Origin: an uncultured OCS116 cluster bacterium
GTDB lineage: Bacteria; Pseudomonadota; Alphaproteobacteria; Rhizobiales; TMED25
NCBI GenBank assembly: GCA_902538185.1
Contig: CACBED010000002.1
Span: 1-58,958, forward strand
Direction of reading: 5' to 3'
Length of the DNA: 58,958 nucleotides
Part shown: positions 18,463 through 27,472 of the stretch, piece by piece
Numbering within the stretch: position 1 is the stretch's first letter
How the letters are laid out: each line of letters begins with the position of its first letter
Notes under the pieces: model-generated
Databases searched by the model: none
Told to the model about the DNA's origin: nothing
Seen by the model: only the letters and a program-made list of their open reading frames with translations
Program-made: the position numbers and the translations under genes

Positions 18463-19153
18463 TTTTTTTCGCCTCTAAAATCACACCAACCAGAGATCCA
18501 GCAATCGCACCTAATACAATGTATAGGTTACCACCTAATAAATATTCCGCAATATATGCAACAACGGCTGCAATTAGCCACGGAATGAGATTTCTTTTAC
18601 CCTGATACAGGTTAAAACTCAAAGCTGTAAATATTGCGATGAAGGCGAAATCTAGTGCATATTTTGATGGGTCGCTAATAAATCCCGCAAATATATATCC
18701 GAGGTATGTACCAGTAGACCAAATAGAAAATAAACATATACCTCCACCGAAAAGGAAAAGTGGGGTTATGCTTTCACGTTTACTTCGCTCTATTGTAACT
18801 GCCCAATTTTCATCAGCAACTAGATGCATATATATATACTTATCCCTCAATGAGCTCTTCTTGAATAATGAATTAAGAGATGCGCCTATCAAAAAATATC
18901 TCAGATTTATTAATAGTGCCGCAGCAACAATTGTGAAAATCTCTGAAATATTATTCCATTTATCAACAATAATAAATTGTGATGTGCCCGCAAATATAAA
19001 AGCATTCATCAGTGTTAATTGATATATCTCTACACCTTTTTGGGCACATATCATACCCAATACTGCACCATACGCAAATACGCTGAGGCCAATTGGGGTA
19101 TTAGCCTTTGCTCCATTTATGAAATCATTCGAAATATAGATATTTGCGGCCAT
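18455..19153 (-). CDS. azlC: AzlC family branched-chain amino acid exporter
   Basis: 'FAGTSQF', 'INLRYFL', 'DENWA', 'LDFAFIAIF'. Confidence 0.9.
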   Translation of the reverse strand: MAANIYISNDFINGAKANTPIGLSVFAYGAVLGMICAQKGVEIYQLTLMNAFIFAGTSQFIIVDKWNNISEIFTIVAAALLINLRYFLIGASLNSLFKKSSLRDKYIYMHLVADENWAVTIERSKRESITPLFLFGGGICLFSIWSTGTYLGYIFAGFISDPSKYALDFAFIAIFTALSFNLYQGKRNLIPWLIAAVVAYIAEYLLGGNLYIVLGAIAGSLVGVILEAKKNE

Positions 19154-19395
19154 GTTTTAAAAAGTTGATAAAATTAATTACTTAAATTTTTAAATTAGAC
19201 AGAAGTGTAAACAATATTACAAAAAAGTTACGAAGTGTCGATATTACTTATTTTGTGACAAGATAACAACTTTTCTCTTGCAAACAATTTAAAATAAAAT
19301 AGTTTATTATATAGGGATAAATTTAGGGATGTGTTTATATTTTATATCCATCAAATTTATTATATGAAATTAACTTTATCGAAAGGGAGAATTAA

Positions 19396-20319
19396 ATGAA
19401 ATTTTCTTATTTATTTAAAGGCGTTGTTGCATCCGTTTTTGGCGCCGCAATGCTGCTAGCAGGTGGAACAGCTCAAGCTGACTATCCGTGTAAAGAAGCC
19501 ACATTTATTGTGCCTTACTCACCAGGTGGTGGATCTGACCAAATGGCTAGAAGGCTTGTACCTGGTCTTGAGGAAGCTCTTGGTGTTGGTGTAAATATCG
19601 TATACAAAACAGGTGGTGGCGGTGCTGTAGGATTTAGTGAATTACACAGATCTGCACCAGATGGCTGCACATTTTCAAACACCGTTGTTCCTAATGTTAT
19701 AATAAGCTCAAAAGGTGAAGGTGTTGGATATAAACCGGGTGATTTTGCCTATATCGGTATGACTGAGTCATCAGCTGGAACACTTATGGTTCCTAAAGAT
19801 AGTAAGTACAAAACTATTGAAGATTTTATTGCTGCTGCAAATGAAAACCCAGGTATGTTAACTGTAGCTGGCACAGGCGGTAGTGGTCTATCACGATGGA
19901 CGCAACTAGAGTCAGTTCTTGGTATAGAAACAACATATGTGCCAGTTGGTGGTGGTGTGGGTAAAATGATACCAATGCTGGCAGGTTCTCACGTTGACGG
20001 TGCTGCTACTGGTGCAAACCATGCGACAAAACATAAAGGAATTGTTGATGCAATTCTTGTTGCGGGCGCAAATGAAGTACCTACGCTTCCAGGTGTGCCA
20101 AACGAACCAGATTGGAATTATGTTATTACTTGGGGCCTAATGGCACCTCCGGGAACACCATCTGATATTGTTGAAACACTTAATGCTGCTTTAAGATCAG
20201 CAGCTTCTGATCCAGCTGTACAAGACGCACTTACAAAAGGCGGATATGTAACACATGATATGACAGTTGCTGAAGTTAACGCGTTTATGGATGCTGAAAT
20301 CGCGAAATACGCAGACTAG
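19396..20319 (+). CDS. tctC: Tripartite tricarboxylate transporter substrate-binding protein (TctC/Bug)
   Basis: Signal peptide, 'FIVPYSPGGGSDQMAR', 'KTGGGGAVG', 'WGLMAPPGTP'. GGGAG RBS. Substrate unknown. Confidence 0.92.
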   Translation: MKFSYLFKGVVASVFGAAMLLAGGTAQADYPCKEATFIVPYSPGGGSDQMARRLVPGLEEALGVGVNIVYKTGGGGAVGFSELHRSAPDGCTFSNTVVPNVIISSKGEGVGYKPGDFAYIGMTESSAGTLMVPKDSKYKTIEDFIAAANENPGMLTVAGTGGSGLSRWTQLESVLGIETTYVPVGGGVGKMIPMLAGSHVDGAATGANHATKHKGIVDAILVAGANEVPTLPGVPNEPDWNYVITWGLMAPPGTPSDIVETLNAALRSAASDPAVQDALTKGGYVTHDMTVAEVNAFMDAEIAKYAD

Positions 20320-20329
20320 TATAAAACGT

Positions 20330-20377
20330 AACCTAGAATTTCTCATAGCTCATTTCTGAGCTATGGGATTTCTGGTT
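20330..20377 (+). terminator. Intercistronic stem-loop after tctC
   Basis: Core CTCATAGCTCA-tttc-TGAGCTATGGG (20342-20367) with an imperfect extension. Confidence 0.7.
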
Positions 20378-20422
20378 CTATCATTATCTTCAATGAATAT
20401 AGACTAATCCAGGATTTGCCGA

Positions 20423-21916
20423 ATGTTTGAAGCCTTACTTATGGCTATTAGCCCCACATACTTAATGTATATGACAATTGGGGTGTTATTAGGTCTCGTT
20501 GTTGGAACCTTACCAGGTTTAACTGCAACTATGGGAACAGCATTATTAGTGCCATTTACATTTGGCTTACCAACAGGTGAAGGTATTGCAATGCTGGGTG
20601 GCCTTTACGTATGTGCCATGTTTTCGGATGCGATTCCTGCCTGTCTTGTCAACACTCCCGGAACTCCTGCCGCAATGGCAACTGGTTTTGATGGTCACCC
20701 TATGGTGAAACAGGGTAGGGGGCAAGAGGCTATTGTGGCGGCTTGCTTCAGTTCTGCTCTTGGTACAATATTCGGTGCAGCTTGTTACCTATTACTTGCA
20801 TGGCCTATGGTTTCTGTTGCGTTAAAGTTTGGCCCTCCGCAATTTTTTTGGTTAGGTGTATTTGCATTAACTATAATCGGAAGTCTTGCTGGAAAATCGA
20901 TACTCAAAGGACTTGCAGGTGCAGCCATTGGTATAATTATAAGTTGTATAGGAATAAGTCATGCGGCGGAAGTTAATAGATTTACATTAAATATTCCAGA
21001 ACTCAGAGGCGGCGTATCATTGGTGGCGGCACTAATCGGAGTCTTTGCTGTACCGCAGGTACTTAGCATGATTTTAAATCTGCGAAAGGAAGAGTATGTT
21101 GCGGAGTACAAACCGGAAAAAGGTGTAATCCTAAAAACAATAATAAAAGTAGTATCAGCCCCAATACATTTTTTAAGATCAGGTGTAATTGGTGCTTTTA
21201 TTGGTATACTCCCTGGTGCGGGAAGTCCAATTGCTGCTATCGTCTCATATAATGAAGCGCTTCGATGGAGTAAAGATAAAAGCCAATATGGTAAAGGTGA
21301 TGTGAGAGGTGTAACAGCTTCTGAAATTGCTAATAATGCAGCCGCGCCTGCTGCTATGATACCACTTGTAACACTGGGTGTACCAGGATCAGCGCCTGCA
21401 GCAGTTATTGCTGGTGCGCTAATGCTACGTGGTTTAAACCCTGGTCCAGAATTATTTGGAACCAACGCAACGCTAGTTTATTCGTTTGGGTGGTCTTTAT
21501 TGATAGCAGGTATTGTCGTATTTTTTATTGGTATGCTTGCGACCCCAATTTTAGTGAGAATAATCAAAATACCATTAAGGCTTTTAGCTCCACTCATAAT
21601 GTTTTTAGCTATAATTGGGGCTTATGCAATTCGAAATAACGTGTTTGATGTGTATCTGATGCTCATTATTGGACTCTTTGTTTTCCTTATAAGACCTCTT
21701 GGTTTTCATCCTGGTCCAATCGGGCTTGGCTTTATACTTGGTCCAATAATTGAACCATCATTGGTTCAGGCGTTATATATCTCTCATGCCGTCGGTGTCC
21801 AAAGAGTATTCTTTAGTGGGTCCGTCAGTATCATACTTATAAGCTTATCTGTAATATCAGTTTCAGCTGTTGCTATATCCAGATATAGATCTAGGAAAAA
21901 AGAAAATGTATCGTAA
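20423..21916 (+). CDS. tctA: Tripartite tricarboxylate transporter large permease TctA
   Basis: 'GTLPGLTATMG', 'NTPGTPAA', 'GILPGAG', 'EIANNA', 'TLGVPGS'. Confidence 0.93.
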   Translation: MFEALLMAISPTYLMYMTIGVLLGLVVGTLPGLTATMGTALLVPFTFGLPTGEGIAMLGGLYVCAMFSDAIPACLVNTPGTPAAMATGFDGHPMVKQGRGQEAIVAACFSSALGTIFGAACYLLLAWPMVSVALKFGPPQFFWLGVFALTIIGSLAGKSILKGLAGAAIGIIISCIGISHAAEVNRFTLNIPELRGGVSLVAALIGVFAVPQVLSMILNLRKEEYVAEYKPEKGVILKTIIKVVSAPIHFLRSGVIGAFIGILPGAGSPIAAIVSYNEALRWSKDKSQYGKGDVRGVTASEIANNAAAPAAMIPLVTLGVPGSAPAAVIAGALMLRGLNPGPELFGTNATLVYSFGWSLLIAGIVVFFIGMLATPILVRIIKIPLRLLAPLIMFLAIIGAYAIRNNVFDVYLMLIIGLFVFLIRPLGFHPGPIGLGFILGPIIEPSLVQALYISHAVGVQRVFFSGSVSIILISLSVISVSAVAISRYRSRKKENVS

Positions 21917-22415
21917 ATTATTAAAATACATTCAGGATAGTGATATTGCGATTACAATATTATTATTTACAATTGCTGGGTTATCTTTTAGAGGTGTGCC
22001 TGATAATATTTGGGATGATTACTTATACATTGATTGGGTCTTTCCATTAGCCTCGTCATATATTTTATTCATTATAGCAACTATATTTTTAATAAAGTCC
22101 GTACGTAAAATTCTTCTCAAGAACATTGATAATGATCTCAAGATTAGTAAAGAGGAGATTCCTTCAATAATTAATGTATTTGTATACAGTATAATACTGT
22201 TCTTTTATCTTGTTTGTTTATTTGCCTTCGGTTTTTGGCCAGCAAGTTTATTACTATTGTGGGCAGGAATATTATATTTCCGACCAGAAAAGAATCTAAA
22301 CTCAATAATGAAGTCTTTAGGTATAGCGCTTATTACATGCCTCATAGCGTACATAGTTTTTAGCTCCGGCTGGTTATTTTATGTACCATTTCCAAAATCA
22401 AGAATTTGGATTTAG
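21906..22415 (+). CDS. tctB: Tripartite tricarboxylate transporter small permease TctB
   Basis: 4-5 TM segments, 'FP' after TM1, 'FGFWPAS', C-terminal 'VPFP'. Overlaps the tctA end. Confidence 0.78.
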   Translation: MYRKLLKYIQDSDIAITILLFTIAGLSFRGVPDNIWDDYLYIDWVFPLASSYILFIIATIFLIKSVRKILLKNIDNDLKISKEEIPSIINVFVYSIILFFYLVCLFAFGFWPASLLLLWAGILYFRPEKNLNSIMKSLGIALITCLIAYIVFSSGWLFYVPFPKSRIWI

Positions 22416-22425
22416 GGAGGAAATT

Positions 22426-23703
22426 TTGTCAAGACCATACTACAAAACTGATCCAATCACAGGCGGTGGTCCAGCGCAATACATTAGCGCTGAACATAAA
22501 CTCAGCGAGCCGTGGAAGGAGCAATCTCATAATGTAAAATTGGTTGGTCACTCGGACCTTAATGGATGGGGGGACGCATTTCAGATTCAAGTTTCAAAAG
22601 GCATATGTTATGTAGCAGCCTCAGGTGTCAATGGACATGATGGACTTACTATATTAGATGTTAGTGACCCCTCTAAACCAACAATACTTAATCAAATTTC
22701 AGACTCACCGGGAGCCAGAACACACAAAGTCCTGAAGATTAATGATGATATTATGATTACGAATTCCGAACTTAGACCAAATTTAAGAGAAAAGTACCCC
22801 GAATTAAAGGGAGGGATGAAAGTGTTTGATATATCAGATCCAATTAACCCAAAATTTCTTAGATACGTCGAAACAGATGGAATGGGCATACATAGGCCAA
22901 TTTATGATAGAGACAGAAAACTTATGTATAGTTCAGGTTATCGTGATGGGTTTGATAAAAAAATCCTTTTAATTCATGATATGAAAGATCCTGCAAATCC
23001 TGAATTCATTGGCCAGGGATGGGTTGAAGGCCAAAAAAATGACGAAAGTTATACCTGGGATAATTCTATAGTTCAGAATGAAGCATGGTGTCATGAAGGC
23101 AATCCTTGGGGAAATTATGTTACAGCTGGCTGGTGGGATGGTGGTATTGTGTTATTTGATTGCACAAATCCAAGTAAACCAGAATTTAAATGGAGACATA
23201 ATCCACATGAAACGCATGGTTGGGCAGGTTGTTATCACAGTTTTCTTGTCCCGAAAGGGTCTGAATTTGGTATCGTTACACAAGAAACTGTAACAGTAAA
23301 CTGCGAACACCCACCAGCATTTATTACTTTCTATGACCTAAGAAATAAAGATATACCATTACCTGTTAGTACCTATATGCCATTTGAAACTGACCCATAC
23401 GATATGAGGCCAATAGACACCAAGTGGAGTAAAACTGGATCAAGGCACGGGGCTCATAATATATGGCTTGATATGGAAAAGGATGACCTTATTTATATTG
23501 CATGGTTCAATGCCGGGTTACGAATTATTGATTGGAGCAACCCATTTTCTCCAAAAGAAGTTGGTTACTATATTCCTCCCGGTAACAAAGAGCGTTTTTG
23601 CCCTCAAAGTAATGATGTCTATGTTGATCGTGAAACGGGACTTATTTACATGTCTGATAGATGGGGACTTGGCCTACATATCTTAGAGTACACAGGTAAG
23701 TAA
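22426..23703 (+). CDS. LVIVD-repeat beta-propeller protein, His-rich, no signal peptide
   Basis: Repeats 'GLTILDVSDPSKP', 'GMKVFDISDPINP', 'LLIHDMKDPANP', 'GIVLFDCTNPSKP', 'GLRIIDWSNPFSPKEVGYY'. TTG start 5 nt after GGGAGG. Confidence 0.88.
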   Translation: MSRPYYKTDPITGGGPAQYISAEHKLSEPWKEQSHNVKLVGHSDLNGWGDAFQIQVSKGICYVAASGVNGHDGLTILDVSDPSKPTILNQISDSPGARTHKVLKINDDIMITNSELRPNLREKYPELKGGMKVFDISDPINPKFLRYVETDGMGIHRPIYDRDRKLMYSSGYRDGFDKKILLIHDMKDPANPEFIGQGWVEGQKNDESYTWDNSIVQNEAWCHEGNPWGNYVTAGWWDGGIVLFDCTNPSKPEFKWRHNPHETHGWAGCYHSFLVPKGSEFGIVTQETVTVNCEHPPAFITFYDLRNKDIPLPVSTYMPFETDPYDMRPIDTKWSKTGSRHGAHNIWLDMEKDDLIYIAWFNAGLRIIDWSNPFSPKEVGYYIPPGNKERFCPQSNDVYVDRETGLIYMSDRWGLGLHILEYTGK

Positions 23704-23710
23704 ATTATAT

Positions 23711-23738
23711 TTGTAAAAATCTTAAATACCACTATAAT
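23711..23738 (+). promoter_or_regulatory. Candidate sigma70 promoter for the Liv-type operon
   Basis: TTGTAA-N16-TATAAT, followed by a strong GGGAGGT RBS before ATG 23781. Confidence 0.45.
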
Positions 23739-23780
23739 TTATGAATATTGTCTTAACGTTTATTTAATAGGGAGGTAAAC

Positions 23781-25067
23781 ATGGCAAAAAATTTTTTTGG
23801 GCTAAACCTAATTGGTTTAGCTGCATTCCTTACACTATCTTTTCTACCAATAAATGATACCAATGCATCTATAAAAATTGGCGCTTCTATGCCATTGACA
23901 GGAAACTTTGCTGTTCCTGGTTCTAAGCATTTAGAAGGCTACGAAATGTGTGTAGATATTATTAACAGACACGGTGGATGGTTAGACCAGGAAGTTGAAC
24001 TCGTTGTAAGTGATAACAGATCAGATACTGAGACTGCTATTGCACAGTACGAAAGGTTTATTAATGTAGATAAGGTTGATCTTACTTTTGGTACTTTTTC
24101 AAGTAAATTAACATTTCCAATATCTCCAATCTTAGCAAAATACAACGCTATTCATCCAATTCCATCTGGTGGCGCGTTGAGAATTTTTTCACAAGGACAT
24201 AAAAATTTATTTTATTTCCAGGCTAGTGCAGCTGAGTATGTTGGAACAAATATGGTTGGTTTAATTAATGACCTAGTTGAAGACAAACCAACTAGGGCAG
24301 CTGTTGTTCATGCCGATGACTTTTTTGCAAACTCAATTGCAACTGGTCTACTTGGTGAAAAGGTTGTGATGCCAGGAAGTGGTCAATTAGTTGAAGATCT
24401 TGCACCTGGATATATCAGAGCAGCTGGGATCGAGCTTGTATATCACGAGCAATGGCCAGAAGAAGGATTCTCAGATTGGCTTGTTTTAGCAAATTCAATC
24501 AAGAATTCTGGTGCTGACCTAGTAATTGGTCTTATGGCATCGCCAGAAGAAGCAACACAGTTTACAAGGGCACTTAAAACCGTGAGACATAACCCAAAGC
24601 ACATTCTTCTATCACAAGGAACCCAGAAAGAGTTTTATGAAGGGCTCGGTGATGATGCTAATGGTGTAATAATCATGTCAGCATACCATCCAAAAGCTCC
24701 ATTTAAAGGATCTCTTGCAGGTATGCAAATGAATAATGCCGATTTTGCCGCCGAGTATCATATTACAACTGGAAATAAACCAGATGAGGATGTTGCGATT
24801 ACTTTTGCGCTATGCCAAGGCATAGACCAAGCTGTTCGGGCAACTGGATCTGTTGATGACCAAACGATAATGGATTGGTTGCATGCAAGAACACCAGAAG
24901 ACCCAGTAAAAACAGTACTTGGCAATTTCGCATGGGATGATAGAGGGCTTCCTCTAGGCAAGTCATTCCTAATGGTTCAATGGCAAGATGGTGGTAATCT
25001 GGAATTTGTATATCCTACAAATGAGTTTGATACTGCTGAAATTGTTGATCCTAAACCACAATGGTAA
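23781..25067 (+). CDS. Branched-chain amino acid (HAAT/Liv) family ABC substrate-binding protein
   Basis: Signal peptide, 'IKIGASMPLTG', 'IN..GGWL', 'DNRSD', 'MVQWQDG'. Substrate unknown. Confidence 0.9.
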   Translation: MAKNFFGLNLIGLAAFLTLSFLPINDTNASIKIGASMPLTGNFAVPGSKHLEGYEMCVDIINRHGGWLDQEVELVVSDNRSDTETAIAQYERFINVDKVDLTFGTFSSKLTFPISPILAKYNAIHPIPSGGALRIFSQGHKNLFYFQASAAEYVGTNMVGLINDLVEDKPTRAAVVHADDFFANSIATGLLGEKVVMPGSGQLVEDLAPGYIRAAGIELVYHEQWPEEGFSDWLVLANSIKNSGADLVIGLMASPEEATQFTRALKTVRHNPKHILLSQGTQKEFYEGLGDDANGVIIMSAYHPKAPFKGSLAGMQMNNADFAAEYHITTGNKPDEDVAITFALCQGIDQAVRATGSVDDQTIMDWLHARTPEDPVKTVLGNFAWDDRGLPLGKSFLMVQWQDGGNLEFVYPTNEFDTAEIVDPKPQW

Positions 25068-25079
25068 TCATCTAAAATT

Positions 25080-25107
25080 TATGCGGCCAATATTGATTGG
25101 TCGCATA
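25080..25107 (+). terminator. Intercistronic stem-loop after the Liv-type SBP gene
   Basis: TATGCGGCCAAT-attg-ATTGGTCGCATA (12-bp stem, one G-U) followed by TTTTT. Confidence 0.7.
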
Positions 25108-25123
25108 TTTTTATGGCAAATAA

Positions 25124-25849
25124 ATGATATCAATAAAAAATGTAACAAAACGCTTTGGTGGCATCATCGCTGTTGACGACTCTTCCTTTGATGTTATGAG
25201 TTCTACAATATGCTCATTGATTGGGCCAAACGGAGCTGGTAAAAGTACATTATTTAATTGCATCTCACGTGTTTATCCAATTGATGAGGGGGAAATATAC
25301 CTTGGTGACACGAGAATAGATACAATGCCTGCGCATAAAATTGCATCATTAGGCGTGGGTAGATCCTTCCAACTGACAAGGGTATTGGATGAATTATCTG
25401 TTACAGAAAATTTATCACTTCATACAGCTGCTGGTTTTAATTTTCATCTATTGAAAGCTGGGGTAACCAGAGATGATAAGGCACGGGCTGAACAGATAAT
25501 GGAATTTCTAAATATTACTCATATTAGAGATTTACCGATGAAAGAACTATCATACGGCCAAAAAAAATTATTGGATTTGGGCTCAGTACTTATGTCCGAT
25601 CCAAGCGTCATTTTGCTTGATGAACCTGCTGCTGGAGTTAATCCAAGATTATTAGAAACGATACTTGATAGGATACTTGTGCTCAAAAAGCAGGGTAAAA
25701 CAATTCTTCTTGTGGAACACAACATGGATTTGGTAATGGGGATTAGTGATAAGGTTGTTGTTATGGCTGCAGGATCAATTATAGCAAACGGAACACCTGA
25801 TGAAGTTCAAAGTGATAAGCAGGTTTTGGAAGTGTATTTAACAGGATAA
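25124..25849 (+). CDS. livG: Liv-type ABC ATP-binding protein (LivG family)
   Basis: 'KRFGGI.AV', GPNGAGKST, 'LSYGQKK', 'LLDEPAAG'. Confidence 0.9.
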   Translation: MISIKNVTKRFGGIIAVDDSSFDVMSSTICSLIGPNGAGKSTLFNCISRVYPIDEGEIYLGDTRIDTMPAHKIASLGVGRSFQLTRVLDELSVTENLSLHTAAGFNFHLLKAGVTRDDKARAEQIMEFLNITHIRDLPMKELSYGQKKLLDLGSVLMSDPSVILLDEPAAGVNPRLLETILDRILVLKKQGKTILLVEHNMDLVMGISDKVVVMAAGSIIANGTPDEVQSDKQVLEVYLTG

Positions 25850-25854
25850 ATTTA

Positions 25855-26598
25855 ATGTCTGAATGTATGCTTAAATTAGAGAATATTGTTGCAGGCTATG
25901 GGTATGGTCCTGACATTATAAAAAATATTAATCTTGAGCTCAATAAAGGTGATATTAAGTGCATTATCGGGCCAAACGGAGCTGGTAAATCAACAGTACT
26001 TAAAGCAATTGCTGGAATAATTATACCAAGAAATGGAACAGTATCATTCAATTCTGAAAAAGGTAATTTAGAGCTCTGTGGTATGGAAACATATGAAATA
26101 ATGAAAACAGGCTTATGTTTTATACCACAAGATAGATCTCTATTTAACACGTTAACAGTAGCCGAGAATCTTGCGATGGCTGGTTATACAATTAATGATA
26201 AGCAAGATTTAAGAGGGCGAATAGATGAAGCACTGGATACGTTTCCTCGTCTAAAAGAGAGGCTAACACAGTATGCTGGCACAATGTCTGGTGGAGAGCA
26301 ACAACAATTAATCTTTGCCAGAGCTATCATATTAAAACCAAGAGTAATATTAATTGATGAGCCATCGCTCGGACTTGCTCCTGCAATTGTAGAGCAAGCA
26401 TTCCAGCACATTGAAAATATTGCATCACAGGGAGTATCCATTTTGCTTGTTGAACAAAACGCAAGGAGGGGGCTTGCATCATCGAATTTTGGTACCGTAA
26501 TGGATTTAGGTGAAATTGTTTTTGAAAAACCGGCAAATCAGGTTCTAAGTGATGACAGGATACAGGAGTTATATTTAGGAAAGAGAAAGAAAAAATAA
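25855..26598 (+). CDS. livF: Liv-type ABC ATP-binding protein (LivF family)
   Basis: GPNGAGKST, 'FPRLKER..Q.AGTMSGGEQQ', 'DEPSLGLAP', 'LVEQNA'. Confidence 0.92.
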   Translation: MSECMLKLENIVAGYGYGPDIIKNINLELNKGDIKCIIGPNGAGKSTVLKAIAGIIIPRNGTVSFNSEKGNLELCGMETYEIMKTGLCFIPQDRSLFNTLTVAENLAMAGYTINDKQDLRGRIDEALDTFPRLKERLTQYAGTMSGGEQQQLIFARAIILKPRVILIDEPSLGLAPAIVEQAFQHIENIASQGVSILLVEQNARRGLASSNFGTVMDLGEIVFEKPANQVLSDDRIQELYLGKRKKK

Positions 26599-27467
26599 TG
26601 TTTATCATCCAAACCATAATTTTAGGACTTTGTTTAGGCTTCGTATACGCCCTTATGGCAACAGGTCTAACACTGATATTTGGAGTAATGAGGATCGTAA
26701 ACCTTGCTCATCCGATATTTATATTAGTTGGCGCATTTGCTGCATATTACCTATTTGTGATATTTGGTATGGATCCGATATTTGCAATTCCATTATGTGC
26801 AGCCACAACAGCAATTTTAGGTGCTATAACCTACAAACTTGTATTTGAAAAAGATGCAGGATCTCAAACTTATTCTGAGATGACAGTTTTACTTACATTC
26901 GGTACAGCAATGGTTTTGGATGGCACATTGTCTTACTTATTCAAAAACACACAAAGAATAACATCGCCACCGTATGCAACAGATGCAATATTTATCGGAG
27001 ATATATTTTTACCAACTGCACAATTATATTCCGGATTGATAAGTATTGCATTAATTATTGGATTAGGTTTATTCTTAAAATTCAGTAAATTAGGTATTGC
27101 AATACGCGCAACTTCTCTAAGCCGTGTAAACGCTGAGTTGGTTGGTATTGATGTTAAGTTCGTGTGTATTTTCTCATTTATTCTAGGTTGCGCATTAGCA
27201 GGAGCCGCAGGGTCATTGGTTAGTTTTGTCTTCTCATTTTTCCCAGCAAAACATTGGGAATGGATAGCAATTTTAATGTCATTAGTTGTTCTTGGAGGAA
27301 TGGGTAGCATTCTAGGTGTTGTAATATCTGCTGCAATATTATCTGTTATGGCATCATTGGTTGGAGCATTCATTGCACCTGCATGGTCTACAATGGTTTT
27401 CTTCGTTGCACTATTTGTGATGCTACTGATAAAGCCGCATGGCATGTTCGGTAAATATTTGGAGTAA
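26598..27467 (+). CDS. livH: Liv-type ABC permease (LivH family)
   Basis: 'YALMATGLTLIFGVMRIVNLAH', 'GIAIRA', 'VVLGGMGS'. Confidence 0.92.
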   Translation: MFIIQTIILGLCLGFVYALMATGLTLIFGVMRIVNLAHPIFILVGAFAAYYLFVIFGMDPIFAIPLCAATTAILGAITYKLVFEKDAGSQTYSEMTVLLTFGTAMVLDGTLSYLFKNTQRITSPPYATDAIFIGDIFLPTAQLYSGLISIALIIGLGLFLKFSKLGIAIRATSLSRVNAELVGIDVKFVCIFSFILGCALAGAAGSLVSFVFSFFPAKHWEWIAILMSLVVLGGMGSILGVVISAAILSVMASLVGAFIAPAWSTMVFFVALFVMLLIKPHGMFGKYLE

Positions 27468-27472
27468 GCATA

